From a virus (lineage: Duplodnaviria; Heunggongvirae; Uroviricota; Caudoviricetes): 25,181 bases of DNA. Below the pieces are notes generated by a model, which was given only the letters and a program-made list of their open reading frames with translations, was not told the DNA's origin and made no database searches. Where the stretch lies: IMG/VR virus record IMGVR_UViG_2681813233_000010; one strand, given 5' to 3'. The translations under genes were made by a program, and so were the position numbers. Positions 1 through 12,160 of this stretch are shown one piece after another (the stretch's first letter is position 1; every line of letters begins with the position of its first letter).

Positions 1-2254
<2,254 letters not shown>

Positions 2255-2280
<26 letters not shown>

Positions 2281-2605
2281 TCAGCAACCCCGGTATCAGT
2301 TCATCCAGCGCGGCTGCTTTGTTCATGGCTTTGATGATATCCCGTTTCAGGAAATCAACATGTCGGTTTTCCAGTTCCGGAAAACGCCGCTGCACCGACA
2401 GGGGGATCCCGTCGAGAATACTGGCAATTTCACCTGCGATCCGCGACAGCACGAAAGTACAGAATGCGGTTTCCACCACTTCAGCGGAGTCTCTGGCATT
2501 CTTCAGTTCCTGTGCGTCGGCCTGCGCACGCGTAAGTCGATGGCGTTCGTACTCAATAGTCCCTGGCTGGAGATCTGCCTCGCTGGCCTGCCGCAGTTCT
2601 TCAAC
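2255..2605 (-). CDS. Nu1: Terminase small subunit Nu1, C-terminal part visible; N-terminus lies inside the N-run
   Basis: Visible translation ...VETAFCTFVLSRIAGEIASILDGIPLSVQRRFPELENRHVDFLKRDIIKAMNKAAALDELIPGLLSEYIEQSG is the lambda Nu1 C-terminus; its stop overlaps the A start. Confidence 0.85.
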
Positions 2606-2843
2606 NNNNNNNNNNNNNNNNNNNNNNNNNNNNNNNNNNNNNNNNNNNNNNNNNNNNNNNNNNNNNNNNNNNNNNNNNNNNNNNNNNNNNNNNNNNNNNN
2701 NNNNNNNNNNNNNNNNNNNNNNNNNNNNNNNNNNNNNNNNNNNNNNNNNNNNNNNNNNNNNNNNNNNNNNNNNNNNNNNNNNNNNNNNNNNNNNNNNNNN
2801 NNNNNNNNNNNNNNNNNNNNNNNNNNNNNNNNNNNNNNNNNNN
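2606..2843. other. Run of 238 N (unresolved or masked bases)
   Basis: Literal n characters; expected to cover the Nu1 N-terminus and cosB. Confidence 1.
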
Positions 2844-2925
2844 CCTTAAACCGGAAAATTTTCATAAATAGCGAAAACCCGCGAGGTCGCCGCCCCGTAA
2901 CCTGTCGGATCGCCGGAAAGGACCC
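2844..2925 (-). other. cos site: cosN cohesive-end sequence AGGTCGCCGCCC at 2884-2895 (reverse complement of lambda GGGCGGCGACCT), with the cosQ side toward higher coordinates
   Basis: 2844-2895 is the exact reverse complement of the lambda left end GGGCGGCGACCTCGCGGGTTTTCGCTATTTATGAAAATTTTCCGGTTTAAGG as recalled. Confidence 0.85.
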
Positions 2926-3094
2926 GCAAAATGATAATAATTATCATCTGCATGTCACAACGTGCATCTACGCCATCAAACCACGTCAAATAATCAATTA
3001 TGACGCAGGTATCGTATTAATTGATCTGCATCAACTTAACGTAAAAACAACTTCAGACAATACAAATCAGCGACACTGAATACGGGACAACCTC

Positions 3095-3328
3095 ATGTCA
3101 ACGAAGAACAGAACCCGCAGAACAACAACCCGCAACATCCGCTTTCCTAACCAAATGATTGAACAAATTAACATCGCTCTTGATCAAAAAGGGTCCGGGA
3201 ATTTCTCAGCCTGGGTCATTGAAGCCTGCCGCCGGAGACTGTGCTCAGAAAAAAGAGTTTCGCCTGAAGCAAACAAAGAAAAGAGTGACATTACTGAATT
3301 GCTCAGAAAACAGGTCAGACCAGATTGA
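3095..3328 (+). CDS. ynfO: Small ribbon-helix-helix (CopG/Arc-like) DNA-binding protein, 77 aa
   Basis: ORF MSTKNRTRRTTTRNIRFPNQMIEQINIALDQKGSGNFSAWVIEACRRRL has a basic tail, beta-strand and two helices typical of RHH; length and position match K-12 ynfO as recalled. Confidence 0.6.
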   Translation: MSTKNRTRRTTTRNIRFPNQMIEQINIALDQKGSGNFSAWVIEACRRRLCSEKRVSPEANKEKSDITELLRKQVRPD

Positions 3329-3384
3329 AGCAATTTAGATAATCGTGCAGACTACGCCCCTCATATCACATGGAAGGTACTACA

Positions 3385-3795
3385 ATGGCTCAGGTTGCCA
3401 TTTTTAAACAAATATTCGATAAAGTGCGAAATAATTTAAACTATCACTGGTTTTATTCTGAACTAAAACGTCACAATGTCTCACATTACATTTACTATTT
3501 AGCCACAGAGAATATTCATCTTGTTCTTGAAAACGATAATACGGTTTTAATAAAAGGACAGGGTAAGGTTGTAAATGTAAGATTTTCAAAAAATAAATGC
3601 CTTATAGAAGCCACCTTAAAAGGATTCAAATCAGGAGAGTTATCATTTTACGAATACAGGAAAAATCTTGCTACAGCAGGGGTTTTCAGATGGATTACAA
3701 ATATCCACGAAAACAAAAGGTATTACTATACCTTTGATAATTCATTACTATTTACTGAAAGCATCCAGAAAACTACACAGATCTTACCACGCTAA
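3385..3795 (+). CDS. ydfO: DUF1398-family prophage protein (YdfO/YbcV-like), 136 aa
   Basis: [34 protein letters not shown]...; GGAAGG Shine-Dalgarno before ATG 3385; the longer track ORF begins at 3370. Confidence 0.65.
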   Translation: MAQVAIFKQIFDKVRNNLNYHWFYSELKRHNVSHYIYYLATENIHLVLENDNTVLIKGQGKVVNVRFSKNKCLIEATLKGFKSGELSFYEYRKNLATAGVFRWITNIHENKRYYYTFDNSLLFTESIQKTTQILPR

Positions 3796-3946
3796 ACCAT
3801 AACGTCCGGCTTCTCTCACTCCTGAGCCGGACTGCATTGGTTTAATAAAAACCATCAACAATTGTGATTTAGATATTCGGAACCATTCAAATATAACAAA
3901 ACCCCGTAAAAACGAGGTTTATGGATAAATTTTATTATTGAATACA

Positions 3947-4120
3947 TCAGATTAAATTAATCTTGACATCATAGCTTTCAAGACCCGTCATTTTTTCCCG
4001 TGCGGTAAACTGAATACTGGTAACTTCTTTCCCGGTCTTTTTCTTAAGTTCAATAATTTTTTTTGTTATATATTCAGAAATATCTGCTTCTGCTTTTGTT
4101 TTTAAGTTTTCAATATTCAT
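3947..4120 (-). CDS. gnsB: GnsA/GnsB-family protein, 57 aa (below the ORF-track size cutoff)
   Basis: Hand translation MNIENLKTKAEADISEYITKKIIELKKKTGKEVTSIQFTAREKMTGLESYDVKINLI resembles GnsB as recalled. Confidence 0.75.
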   Translation of the reverse strand: MNIENLKTKAEADISEYITKKIIELKKKTGKEVTSIQFTAREKMTGLESYDVKINLI

Positions 4121-4291
4121 CATTTCCTCTTTTAGTCTGTTATGACTTTCCAGTTACACAGTAAGTCGATTATATGGTGCAAACGTGTAAAAGATAAGAT
4201 GAAACATCGCAATAATCAACATACGATAGTCTAAATTTTACACAAACAGACAAAGAGAATTTTCCTGAATTATCAATGCAATAGCATCAAA

Positions 4292-4522
4292 TCAACTCAA
4301 GAGCCTTATTGCTGCTTCCAGAATTTCTTCTGAAGTAACATGTCGATCCGCGGCTACATAAATGACTTTATGATCTCCGGTCAGAGATGGAAACCCTGCG
4401 GCCATTACAGTAAGGTGTGTTTTTTCGCCATTTGGATATTCACGCATGATGGTGTTAACTCCAGTCATCGCTGGCACTACCACTGCTGGTTCAGAGTTAA
4501 AAAAAACTATGATTTTTTTCAT
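4292..4522 (-). CDS. Hypothetical small protein; possibly the ynfN equivalent
   Basis: ORF with start uncertain: ATG at 4522 (76 aa), or ATG at 4447 giving a 51-aa product MREYPNGEKTHLTVMAAGFPSLTGDHKVIYVAADRHVTSEEILEAAIRLLS; no strong SD for either. Confidence 0.4.
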   Translation of the reverse strand: MKKIIVFFNSEPAVVVPAMTGVNTIMREYPNGEKTHLTVMAAGFPSLTGDHKVIYVAADRHVTSEEILEAAIRLLS

Positions 4523-4793
4523 GATGTTACCGTAGTATGTGAGTATCCATCGAATAGACACCAAGCAAAAAAGCTCCCGAAGGAGCCTTCATTTTCACTT
4601 TTTCAAATCCAACGACAGACGGCTGGCATTTAAGTATTGTGAAATATTATCAAATGTAATCATCATTGATTTACAAAAGATACATTTTGCCCCGAAAGGA
4701 TTCATGTCAGAAACATCAAAAGATGATGTTCTATACTGGGAACCATGACAACACGGGCATCTAAAGTGAATATGGTTTGTAATATTGTCTACC

Positions 4794-5006
4794 TCAAAGC
4801 GCCACTACATGAACAGCGGCAGGACCTTTAGGTCCGTTCTCAATACCAAATTCAACTTCCTGATTCTCAGTTAATGTTTTGAAATCGTTGCTCTGAATTG
4901 CTGAGAAATGGACAAACACATCTTTGCTGCCATCTTTCGGCGTGATGAAACCAAAACCTTTTTCAGGGTTAAACCATTTCACTAAACCAGTCATTTTGTT
5001 AGACAT
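4794..5006 (-). CDS. cspI: Cold shock protein CspA-family paralogue, 70 aa
   Basis: [38 protein letters not shown]... carries the cold-shock RNP motifs; position next to the lysis genes matches Qin cspI. Confidence 0.85.
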   Translation of the reverse strand: MSNKMTGLVKWFNPEKGFGFITPKDGSKDVFVHFSAIQSNDFKTLTENQEVEFGIENGPKGPAAVHVVAL

Positions 5007-5367
5007 AATTATTACCTTTTGAAGAAATTAGCCCTTGGGCAGAATGGTCCGAAAAAAATATCAGAGAGAAAAACCAACAAGGAAATCTCAAGAGGTACAA
5101 ATAATAAAATTATAACAATGACTGCTTCAGATAAATTTGTAACAAACCAGAACACCATTAACGCATGATTAACCACCCATAGCAAGGATTACTTTTGTAA
5201 AGAAAAACACAGCAATGAAAGAATAGCTTTATTTATTAATAAAACGTGTCATTCTGATTAAGACCTTTTATCTTACCCTTAAGATTTCAGGAATTTTGGC
5301 TCATGGAAGAGTCCTTTTTATTTAAATTTTACATTCCGCGATGTAAATGTTCCGATTTAATATTACC

Positions 5368-6391
<1,024 letters not shown>

Positions 6392-6395
<4 letters not shown>

Positions 6396-6703
6396 AGATA
6401 TTTATGATGAGGACGCTCGTGCTTATTGGCAGGATTTTCAATCTTAAAGGAGTACTGATGCTGCAGATAAGACTCAACTTTTTCTGACAATTTTTCTGCT
6501 ACTTCCAGGAAGACTTGCCGGACGCTCCTTCTGGCTGCTGCCTCATAAAACTCCAGCGCAGCTCCTTCAACACGGTCCATGGCGACATCCAGGTCAAAAA
6601 TTTCACCGTCAAAGCGTTCTTTGTCCTGTAAGGCTACAGTTACCGTAACTTTATTCTCAAAATTACGGACTCCTTTCACAACCAGTTCATAGTCTTGAGT
6701 CAT
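6392..6703 (-). CDS. ydfR: DUF1327-family protein located between holin and endolysin, 103 aa
   Basis: ORF with strong GAGGAG Shine-Dalgarno; 4-nt overlap with the endolysin start; position and length match ydfR. Confidence 0.7.
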
Positions 6704-6707
6704 TGGA

Positions 6708-6923
6708 TTACTCTCCTCTCGCAGCCTTACGCCTGTCTTCTTTAATCTTGAAATAAAGATTTGTCAGATACGTCAGCAGGCCAAAAACCAGGCTACCCAG
6801 CACACCGATTGCAGCCCACTGTGACGGAGTTACTTTATCGAGTAACTGCAATGCCCAGAAACCAGCATTACCCGCCGATGTGCCATAGGCAACACCTGTT
6901 GTTAACTTATCCATTGATTTCAT
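6708..6923 (-). CDS. essQ: Class II holin / pinholin (S21-like), 71 aa, with dual-start motif
   Basis: [71 protein letters not shown]; two TM segments; Met1-Lys-Ser-Met4 gives antiholin and holin starts; GGTGAGGA Shine-Dalgarno. Confidence 0.85.
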   Translation of the reverse strand: MKSMDKLTTGVAYGTSAGNAGFWALQLLDKVTPSQWAAIGVLGSLVFGLLTYLTNLYFKIKEDRRKAARGE

Positions 6924-7142
6924 ATCCTCACCCCGATGTACACGGATGGTGCAATATGTTTGAAAAGATCGGAGTCTACGGGGTAGTTTTGACAGCACAC
7001 GTTGTTCTCAACGGCGCTAAAAAAACATACACATTAAAAATGTGGGTAATTATTTTGAAAGAAAGTCATATATAAAATAATAATACGAGAAATGTTTTCA
7101 TATTTAGTGTACTGTATACGGCCATTTATACAGGAAAAGCCT

Positions 7143-7313
7143 ATGTCAGAACGTAAAAACTCAAAATCACGCCGTAATTATCTCGTTAAATGTTCCTGCC
7201 CAAACTGCACCCAAGAGTCAGAACACAGTTTTTCAAGAGTACAAAAAGGTGCCCTTTTGATCTGCCCTCATTGCAACAAAGTATTCCAGACAAATCTTAA
7301 AGCTGTAGCCTGA
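7143..7313 (+). CDS. Small zinc-ribbon protein, 57 aa, two CxxC pairs
   Basis: MSERKNSKSRRNYLVKCSCPNCTQESEHSFSRVQKGALLICPHCNKVFQTNLKAVA; AGGAAAAG Shine-Dalgarno 5 nt before ATG 7143; opposite strand to the lysis genes. Confidence 0.5.
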   Translation: MSERKNSKSRRNYLVKCSCPNCTQESEHSFSRVQKGALLICPHCNKVFQTNLKAVA

Positions 7314-7338
7314 TTGATTTTATTAGTAACAAGTATTT

Positions 7339-7474
7339 NNNNNNNNNNNNNNNNNNNNNNNNNNNNNNNNNNNNNNNNNNNNNNNNNNNNNNNNNNNNNN
7401 NNNNNNNNNNNNNNNNNNNNNNNNNNNNNNNNNNNNNNNNNNNNNNNNNNNNNNNNNNNNNNNNNNNNNNNNNN
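7339..7474. other. Run of 136 N (unresolved or masked bases)
   Basis: Literal n characters. Confidence 1.
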
Positions 7475-7616
7475 ATTTTGCCAAATATGCTAGCCATTGT
7501 TTCATGTATTGGACCTCCTTACTTTTTATTAAAGAGATCCAATATTCACTACTCTGTCCGTATCTCTACTCAGGCATCAGCCTTCTTCGTTATCGTATAC
7601 AGACGAGCGATGAATT

Positions 7617-7832
7617 TTAATCAGTAATGATGACATTTGCTGCTGCAGGACCTTTAGCACCACTCTCTATAGAGAAGGTAACCTTTTGACCTTCAAATAA
7701 GGTTCGATAATTATCATTCTGAATCGCAGAAAAATGCACAAACACATCTTTACTACCATCAACAGGAGAAATAAAGCCGAAACCTTTATCAGCGTTAAAC
7801 CATTTTACTAAACCAGTCATTTTATTTGACAT
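7617..7832 (-). CDS. cspB: Cold shock protein, 71 aa
   Basis: [71 protein letters not shown]; divergent from cspF as in Qin. Confidence 0.85.
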   Translation of the reverse strand: MSNKMTGLVKWFNADKGFGFISPVDGSKDVFVHFSAIQNDNYRTLFEGQKVTFSIESGAKGPAAANVIITD

Positions 7833-8132
7833 TCTACATTCCTTAACTTGAGCCTTTCGGCATAAATGGTTTGCATAACAGAAACGACTTCGTACTTAAT
7901 TGGAGAGACTCAAAGAAGGAATAAGTGAATAACACCTGAAATGAGAACTGCTTTAGTAAACTACTTCGTATATCGTCTGTTCTTCAAACCGACGCAATCA
8001 TTAACGCATAGTTGAACATATGAAGCAATGTTTATTTTAGACATCCAGCCATCTTCAACCCCATCAAAAAACTATAGCTTTCTTCAGGAACGTGTGTATA
8101 GTGCGCCAAGTTATCAGTATTAAGGAATTTTT

Positions 8133-8345
8133 TTGTCCCGTAAAATGACAGGAATTGTCAAAACCTTTGACGGCAAAAGCGGCAAGGGTCTTATCACCCC
8201 ATCCGATGGTCGTATCGATGTCCAGCTTCATGTTTCAGCGCTCAATCTCCGCGATGCAGAAGAAATTACCACCGGATTACGCGTGGAATTTTGCCGGATA
8301 AATGGTCTGCGTGGCCCTTCAGCTGCCAATGTTTACCTTTCATGA
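8133..8345 (+). CDS. cspF: Cold shock protein homologue (CspF/CspH type), 70 aa, apparent TTG start
   Basis: [38 protein letters not shown]...; first codon at 8133 is TTG with AAGGA 6 nt upstream; in-frame ATG at 8145. Confidence 0.7.
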
Positions 8346-8399
8346 GCTATATTAAAGCTTTAATTTCAGGCCCCATCGGATCACACATGGAGAGTTTTT

Positions 8400-8489
8400 A
8401 TGAATAACCCCGTCTGTCTTGATGACTGGTTGATTGGCTTTAAAAGCTTATGCTGTACTTTGGCCGTAATAGCTCTGCTAATAATATAA
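8400..8489 (+). CDS. Candidate small hydrophobic peptide, 29 aa
   Basis: Hand-found [32 protein letters not shown] with GGAGAG 6 nt upstream of ATG 8400; very short, so speculative. Confidence 0.25.
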
Positions 8490-8633
8490 TAAGCAGACTC
8501 ATTGTGTTTAGGGACATTGTACTGGAAGAAAACATTTTAAACATCAGGCAAATAACCAAGTCACCAGCTAAATAATAAGTTAACAGACATGAGTCCCGGG
8601 ATGAGATTCAACATTACCATTGCCCCATTTAAA

Positions 8634-8665
8634 GCACAAAACCCGCTCATCAGCGGGTTTTCTAC
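8634..8665. terminator. Bidirectional intrinsic-terminator-like hairpin (7-bp stem ACCCGCT / AGCGGGT, loop CATC) flanked by A-tract and T-tract
   Basis: AAAACCCGCTCATCAGCGGGTTTTCTACTTTTT seen directly; T-run on plus strand and TTTTGTGCTTT on minus strand. Confidence 0.55.
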
Positions 8666-8691
8666 TTTTTCTTAACGTCGGGTATACAAAG

Positions 8692-8735
8692 CCCATCGTT
8701 GAAAAAATTTTATCCATATTTTTTGAAAAATGCAA
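8692..8735 (-). promoter_or_regulatory. Candidate Q-dependent late promoter PR-prime: -35 TTGCAT (8735-8730), 17-bp spacer, -10 TAAAAT (8712-8707), initial transcribed CAACGATGGG (8701-8692)
   Basis: Minus strand reads TTGCAT-N17-TAAAAT then TTTTTCAACGATGGGC; the CAACGATGGG motif matches the pause-inducing initial transcribed region of lambda PR-prime as recalled; lies immediately downstream of Q. Confidence 0.5.
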
Positions 8736-8766
8736 ACATCATGTCGCCATCTTCAGCAAAAATCAT

Positions 8767-9519
8767 TTATCTCGTCACCTTCCTCAATTGCGCTTCCGCG
8801 TATGCTTCTTCCTGCCAGCACTTTGTTACCAGTTTACCAATGACGTCCGCATACCCCTTATACCACTGATAATCGGTCAGGTCTGGTACCAGCTTCTGGA
8901 CATGACGTCGTGCCAGCGTGGTCGGTAAACGACTAAACCGGTTTCCATTACAACGCCCACAAATCTTATATACCGGTACGCCATGAAACCGGGTTCTTTT
9001 TTCATCCAGAACAATCCCTTTACCCTTACACCCTCTGCACGCTGTGCTGGCTTCGCCCTTACCATGGCAATGCTGACATAGTTCCTTCACCCATTCTTCC
9101 TTGATTACAGATTCCCCGCGTCTGTAGTGTTTCACCACTTCGCGCAATACATTATAAAATCCCGTACCTGAACAATGCTCACAGCGAGCCTTACTTGCCG
9201 CAGACCTGGAGTAATCAGCAAAGGCAAAACTCACGAGGTAAGGAATAATCTGTAACCGGATTTCTTCACTCAATTTGTTCAATGTCGGGTTATCCAGTGC
9301 CATCGCGTAATTTAGCAGGCCTTCAATCGCAAACTGAGGGTCCTGAACACCAACTTTTGCCAGAAATAAGGCCAACCCAAGTGGTGCTTTCGACTGCACC
9401 ATCCCCTGCGCTGCCATTACATCCGTAATTGTTAAACAACCGGTGCCTGTCGCTGGAGCGTCATCGCTCAATTTTGGAGATTTTGGGGAGTAATATTTTG
9501 GTAAGGCTTCAAGGTTCAT
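8767..9519 (-). CDS. quuQ: Late-gene antitermination protein Q (phage 21/82 type), 250 aa
   Basis: MNLEALPKYYSPKSPKLSDD... with Cys-rich zinc-binding region (CEHCSGTG, CQHCHGKG, CRGCKGKG, CGRCNG); GGAGAA Shine-Dalgarno before ATG 9519. Confidence 0.85.
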   Translation of the reverse strand: MNLEALPKYYSPKSPKLSDDAPATGTGCLTITDVMAAQGMVQSKAPLGLALFLAKVGVQDPQFAIEGLLNYAMALDNPTLNKLSEEIRLQIIPYLVSFAFADYSRSAASKARCEHCSGTGFYNVLREVVKHYRRGESVIKEEWVKELCQHCHGKGEASTACRGCKGKGIVLDEKRTRFHGVPVYKICGRCNGNRFSRLPTTLARRHVQKLVPDLTDYQWYKGYADVIGKLVTKCWQEEAYAEAQLRKVTR

Positions 9520-9532
9520 GCTCGTTCTCCAC

Positions 9533-10582
9533 TTACGCCAGTACGCCAATTGCCAGCGCGCGATCGATAAAACGAAATATCAGCTCCAGTTGGGAGCCAT
9601 ACTTATCTTCAAATGCCACTGTATCCGTATGCAGCTCGTTGTGATGCTTTCTGCACAAAGGCAACACAAAGAGATCATGTGCTTTTGTTCCCATTCCGCC
9701 CTGCCCGTGACCAATCAGATGATGCGGATCGTCGGCTGGCATACCGCAGCAAGCACACGGCTGTGTCTTAACCCAACGTGTGTATTTCTCCTTAACCCAG
9801 CGGCGACGTTTAGGCAGCTTCATGAAAGATTCCGGAGACTCTGGATCAACGGTGATGCTTACCACCGTCTTTTCCTGTGGTGATTTTTGTTGCTGGTGGG
9901 CGTAAGGCAACGGTGCAAGATTTTTTGTGCGTTGTTTCAATATGCTGGTGGCGGTCTGCTCTCCCGGTACGATGTCGCTTTCGCGGTACACCGAGCAGAT
10001 TTTTTCCGCTGGTAATCCCAGCGAACGACGCGATACAGCCTCAGGTAGTGCATCCACCACCTGATTGCAGACCGCCCACCAGGATAATTCAGCCAAAGAT
10101 AATTCCCGCTCCTGCGTACCGCTTATTGCGTGACGGATGACGTCAATCACCCATGCTGTCAGATTTTGTTGAGCAAGCAGCTCCAGTGATTCCGATGTCT
10201 GGTCACGCAGTTGGTTGTCGCAGTGCCAGCACAACACCATTGCGCCGGTACCATAACGGTGAATGACTGTTTCAGTGTGATGGTAATCGCCATTAGGCCA
10301 CTGGCAGGATGTAACATGACGTAATAGCCAGTCGGACAATGCGCCAACGCCGCCAGCAGCACGAATCACCCGTTCGTTACTAAAAAACGGCAGCAATGTT
10401 TTGTCTTCCGCCAGCGGCTGGCGAACGGCAGGAACGACTCCGGATGGCAGATTACGCATGCTTTTTGGTTCCGGTTCCACCAGCACTCGAGGATTATGAA
10501 ATATCTGTATGGATTCACGGCCCGGCTTAAGGACCACCAGCCCAAGCTCAGGCACCAGAACAGGTCTAAGTAATACCCGCAC
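9533..10582 (-). CDS. ydfU: DUF968-family prophage protein with C-terminal HNH-like zinc-finger motif, about 349 aa
   Basis: C-terminal CACCGMPADDPHHLIGHGQGG...CRKHHNELH; proposed GTG start at 10582, 1 nt after the upstream stop; the track ORF extends to a GTG at 10621. Confidence 0.7.
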   Translation of the reverse strand: MRVLLRPVLVPELGLVVLKPGRESIQIFHNPRVLVEPEPKSMRNLPSGVVPAVRQPLAEDKTLLPFFSNERVIRAAGGVGALSDWLLRHVTSCQWPNGDYHHTETVIHRYGTGAMVLCWHCDNQLRDQTSESLELLAQQNLTAWVIDVIRHAISGTQERELSLAELSWWAVCNQVVDALPEAVSRRSLGLPAEKICSVYRESDIVPGEQTATSILKQRTKNLAPLPYAHQQQKSPQEKTVVSITVDPESPESFMKLPKRRRWVKEKYTRWVKTQPCACCGMPADDPHHLIGHGQGGMGTKAHDLFVLPLCRKHHNELHTDTVAFEDKYGSQLELIFRFIDRALAIGVLA

Positions 10583-10583
10583 G

Positions 10584-10862
10584 TTACCTCCAGATCCGTT
10601 GCTGGAAAGTGCGGGACGCACGTGGTGGGCGTTCGGAATAAGGCAGCCTGACAGAGATTATCCAGTGCCGATAGTCGAGACTGAGAGCTTTCTTAACCTC
10701 GAACCCGCGCCTGCGGTAAGAATGAATCAGCCATTCGGCCTGTTCTGCAGTGCATGGAGGGTGCTGGAACCATTCAGACTTGAATGCGTGAGAATACCGC
10801 CCGTGCGTGCAGGCAAGAACGGGCGAATTATCAGAATTGTAATATTTTGCGTTGCGTGCCAT
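10584..10862 (-). CDS. Hypothetical protein, 92 aa, upstream of ydfU
   Basis: ORF MARNAKYYNSDNSPVLACTHGRYSHAFKSEWFQHPPCTAEQAEWLIHSYRRRGFEV... with GGAG Shine-Dalgarno 7 nt before ATG 10862; stop abuts the ydfU GTG. Confidence 0.6.
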   Translation of the reverse strand: MARNAKYYNSDNSPVLACTHGRYSHAFKSEWFQHPPCTAEQAEWLIHSYRRRGFEVKKALSLDYRHWIISVRLPYSERPPRASRTFQQRIWR

Positions 10863-10928
10863 CGGTTTTCTCCGGTGGCACGGTGTTACTCAGCGGGAGT
10901 TCAGCCCCGCGCAAGATTGTAGATGAGT

Positions 10929-11180
10929 TTATTCTCCTGAAAAAGCAGAAAAGCCAGCTTTTATTCCGATCTCTTTCAATGCCTGTAATGAAGTGACAAA
11001 CTCACCTTCGCGCAAGATAAATCCGTCCGTGACCCGAGCATCCACAAAATTAATTAACGCAGCCCCATTCTTTCGCAAACACATAATGCGGTAATGACTA
11101 ACAAGATTTCCATTTTCAACGCACACAGCATAGAGGCCATCTTCACAAAAAATTTTACGCAGTTCTTCGATGTTCATCAT
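10929..11180 (-). CDS. rem: Rem-like small prophage protein, 83 aa
   Basis: MMNIEELRKIFCEDGLYAVCVENGNLVSHYRIMCLRKNGAALINFVDARVTDGFILREGEFVTSLQALKEIGIKAGFSAFSGE; GGAAGGA Shine-Dalgarno. Confidence 0.7.
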   Translation of the reverse strand: MMNIEELRKIFCEDGLYAVCVENGNLVSHYRIMCLRKNGAALINFVDARVTDGFILREGEFVTSLQALKEIGIKAGFSAFSGE

Positions 11181-11295
11181 CAGAATCCTTCCGGATAATT
11201 AGCTCTCCCCTTTAAGGGACCATCCCTCTTATCCCTGCGCGCTACTTAAGTATTTTTGATTCTATTCCGGCACCGTCCAGAACTTCAAACGCGTT

Positions 11296-11328
11296 GAAAA
11301 TAAAAACAAAAACCCGCCGAAGCGGGTT
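11296..11328 (-). terminator. Rho-independent terminator downstream of hokD (stem AACCCGC / GCGGGTT, loop TTCG, then TTTTGTTTTTATTTT)
   Basis: Minus strand reads AACCCGCTTCGGCGGGTTTTTGTTTTTATTTT about 70 nt after the hokD stop. Confidence 0.65.
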
Positions 11329-11396
11329 AAGTGCGGGTGCGTTGAGGATGCCTGCCACATCAGAGGTGGCGAGGGATTTCTCCCCCGCCGGGTCTC

Positions 11397-11552
11397 TTAC
11401 TCCTCAGGTTCGTAAGCTGTGAAGACAGCGACCTCCGTCTGGCCGGTTCGGATTCGTACCTCGCAGAGGTCTTTCCTCGTTACCAGTGCCGTCACTATGA
11501 CGGTTAAACAGATGACGATCAGGGCGATTAACATCGCCTTTTGCTGCTTCAT
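11397..11552 (-). CDS. hokD: Hok/Gef-family type I membrane toxin, 51 aa
   Basis: Hand translation MKQQKAMLIALIVICLTVIVTALVTRKDLCEVRIRTGQTEVAVFTAYEPEE; AGGAGAAG Shine-Dalgarno; below the ORF-track size cutoff. Confidence 0.9.
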   Translation of the reverse strand: MKQQKAMLIALIVICLTVIVTALVTRKDLCEVRIRTGQTEVAVFTAYEPEE

Positions 11553-11623
11553 AGCCTGCTTCTCCTGTCAACGCAAAGCAGAAGTGTCACCTTCGGTGCG
11601 AAACAGAGATGTCATGCTTTGGT

Positions 11624-11911
11624 TCAGAGAATGCGTTTGACCGCCTCGCTATATACTTCCGAGCGTTCTCTTTTCCCAACAGAAATCACGAAAACGACAA
11701 CTTTCTCGTCTATAACCTGGTATACAAGGCGATAGCCTGAAGACCGGAGCTTAATCTTGTAACAATCAGGCATACCACGGAGCTTGTTTGCTTCAATCCG
11801 GGGTGACTCAAGTACTTCAACCAGCTTCTTTTTCAACTGTTCACGTACCGTCGAGCCCAGCTTTCGCCATTCCTTTAGTGCCCGCTCGTCAAAATCCAGA
11901 AAATACGCCAT
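11624..11911 (-). CDS. relE: RelE mRNA interferase toxin, 95 aa
   Basis: MAYFLDFDERALKEWRKLGSTVREQLKKKLVEVLESPRIEANKLRGMPDCYKIKLRSSGYRLVYQVIDEKVVVFVISVGKRERSEVYSEAVKRIL; TGATG overlap with relB. Confidence 0.95.
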   Translation of the reverse strand: MAYFLDFDERALKEWRKLGSTVREQLKKKLVEVLESPRIEANKLRGMPDCYKIKLRSSGYRLVYQVIDEKVVVFVISVGKRERSEVYSEAVKRIL

Positions 11912-12150
11912 CAGAGTTCATCCAGCGTCACACGTACTGGCTTAGGATTACGAAGCCGTTCTTTCACTATCTCCACAAGTTCAGCATCTTCATCACTCAG
12001 GAGTGTCTGTTTGAACGGCAAGCGTTCATTGTCAGCGATATACTCGAGCATGAGACGAAGCGCTTCAGAAGGAGTTACACCCATTTTTTCAAGCGCGGCG
12101 TAAGAACGCGCTTTAAGTTCATCGTCAATACGCAGGTTAATGCTACCCAT
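11911..12150 (-). CDS. relB: RelB antitoxin (RHH), 79 aa
   Basis: MGSINLRIDDELKARSYAALEKMGVTPSEALRLMLEYIADNERLPFKQTLLSDEDAELVEIVKERLRNPKPVRVTLDEL; GAGGTG Shine-Dalgarno. Confidence 0.95.
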   Translation of the reverse strand: MGSINLRIDDELKARSYAALEKMGVTPSEALRLMLEYIADNERLPFKQTLLSDEDAELVEIVKERLRNPKPVRVTLDEL

Positions 12151-12160
12151 GTCTTACACC

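Noticed and set aside
2319-3079. ORFs whose translations contain long runs of X (2319-2849, 2360-3079, 2503-2865; likewise 7297-7505)
   Set aside because: Artefacts of reading through N-runs; no real sequence supports them
7500-8132. tRNA genes in the Q-to-holin interval, where many lambdoid phages carry them
   Set aside because: No cloverleaf-like segments recognised by eye; the interval is occupied by cspB and cspF and their leaders. A tRNA scan was not possible, so this is not a firm exclusion
9429-9883. Plus-strand ORFs of 71 and 121 aa overlapping the Q/ydfU junction
   Set aside because: Antisense to two well-supported minus-strand genes; no RBS
11553-11623. mok/sok regulatory elements for hokD
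   Set aside because: The only upstream frame that could be mok terminates after 15 codons and no antisense promoter was apparent; treated as absent, though a degenerate remnant cannot be excluded
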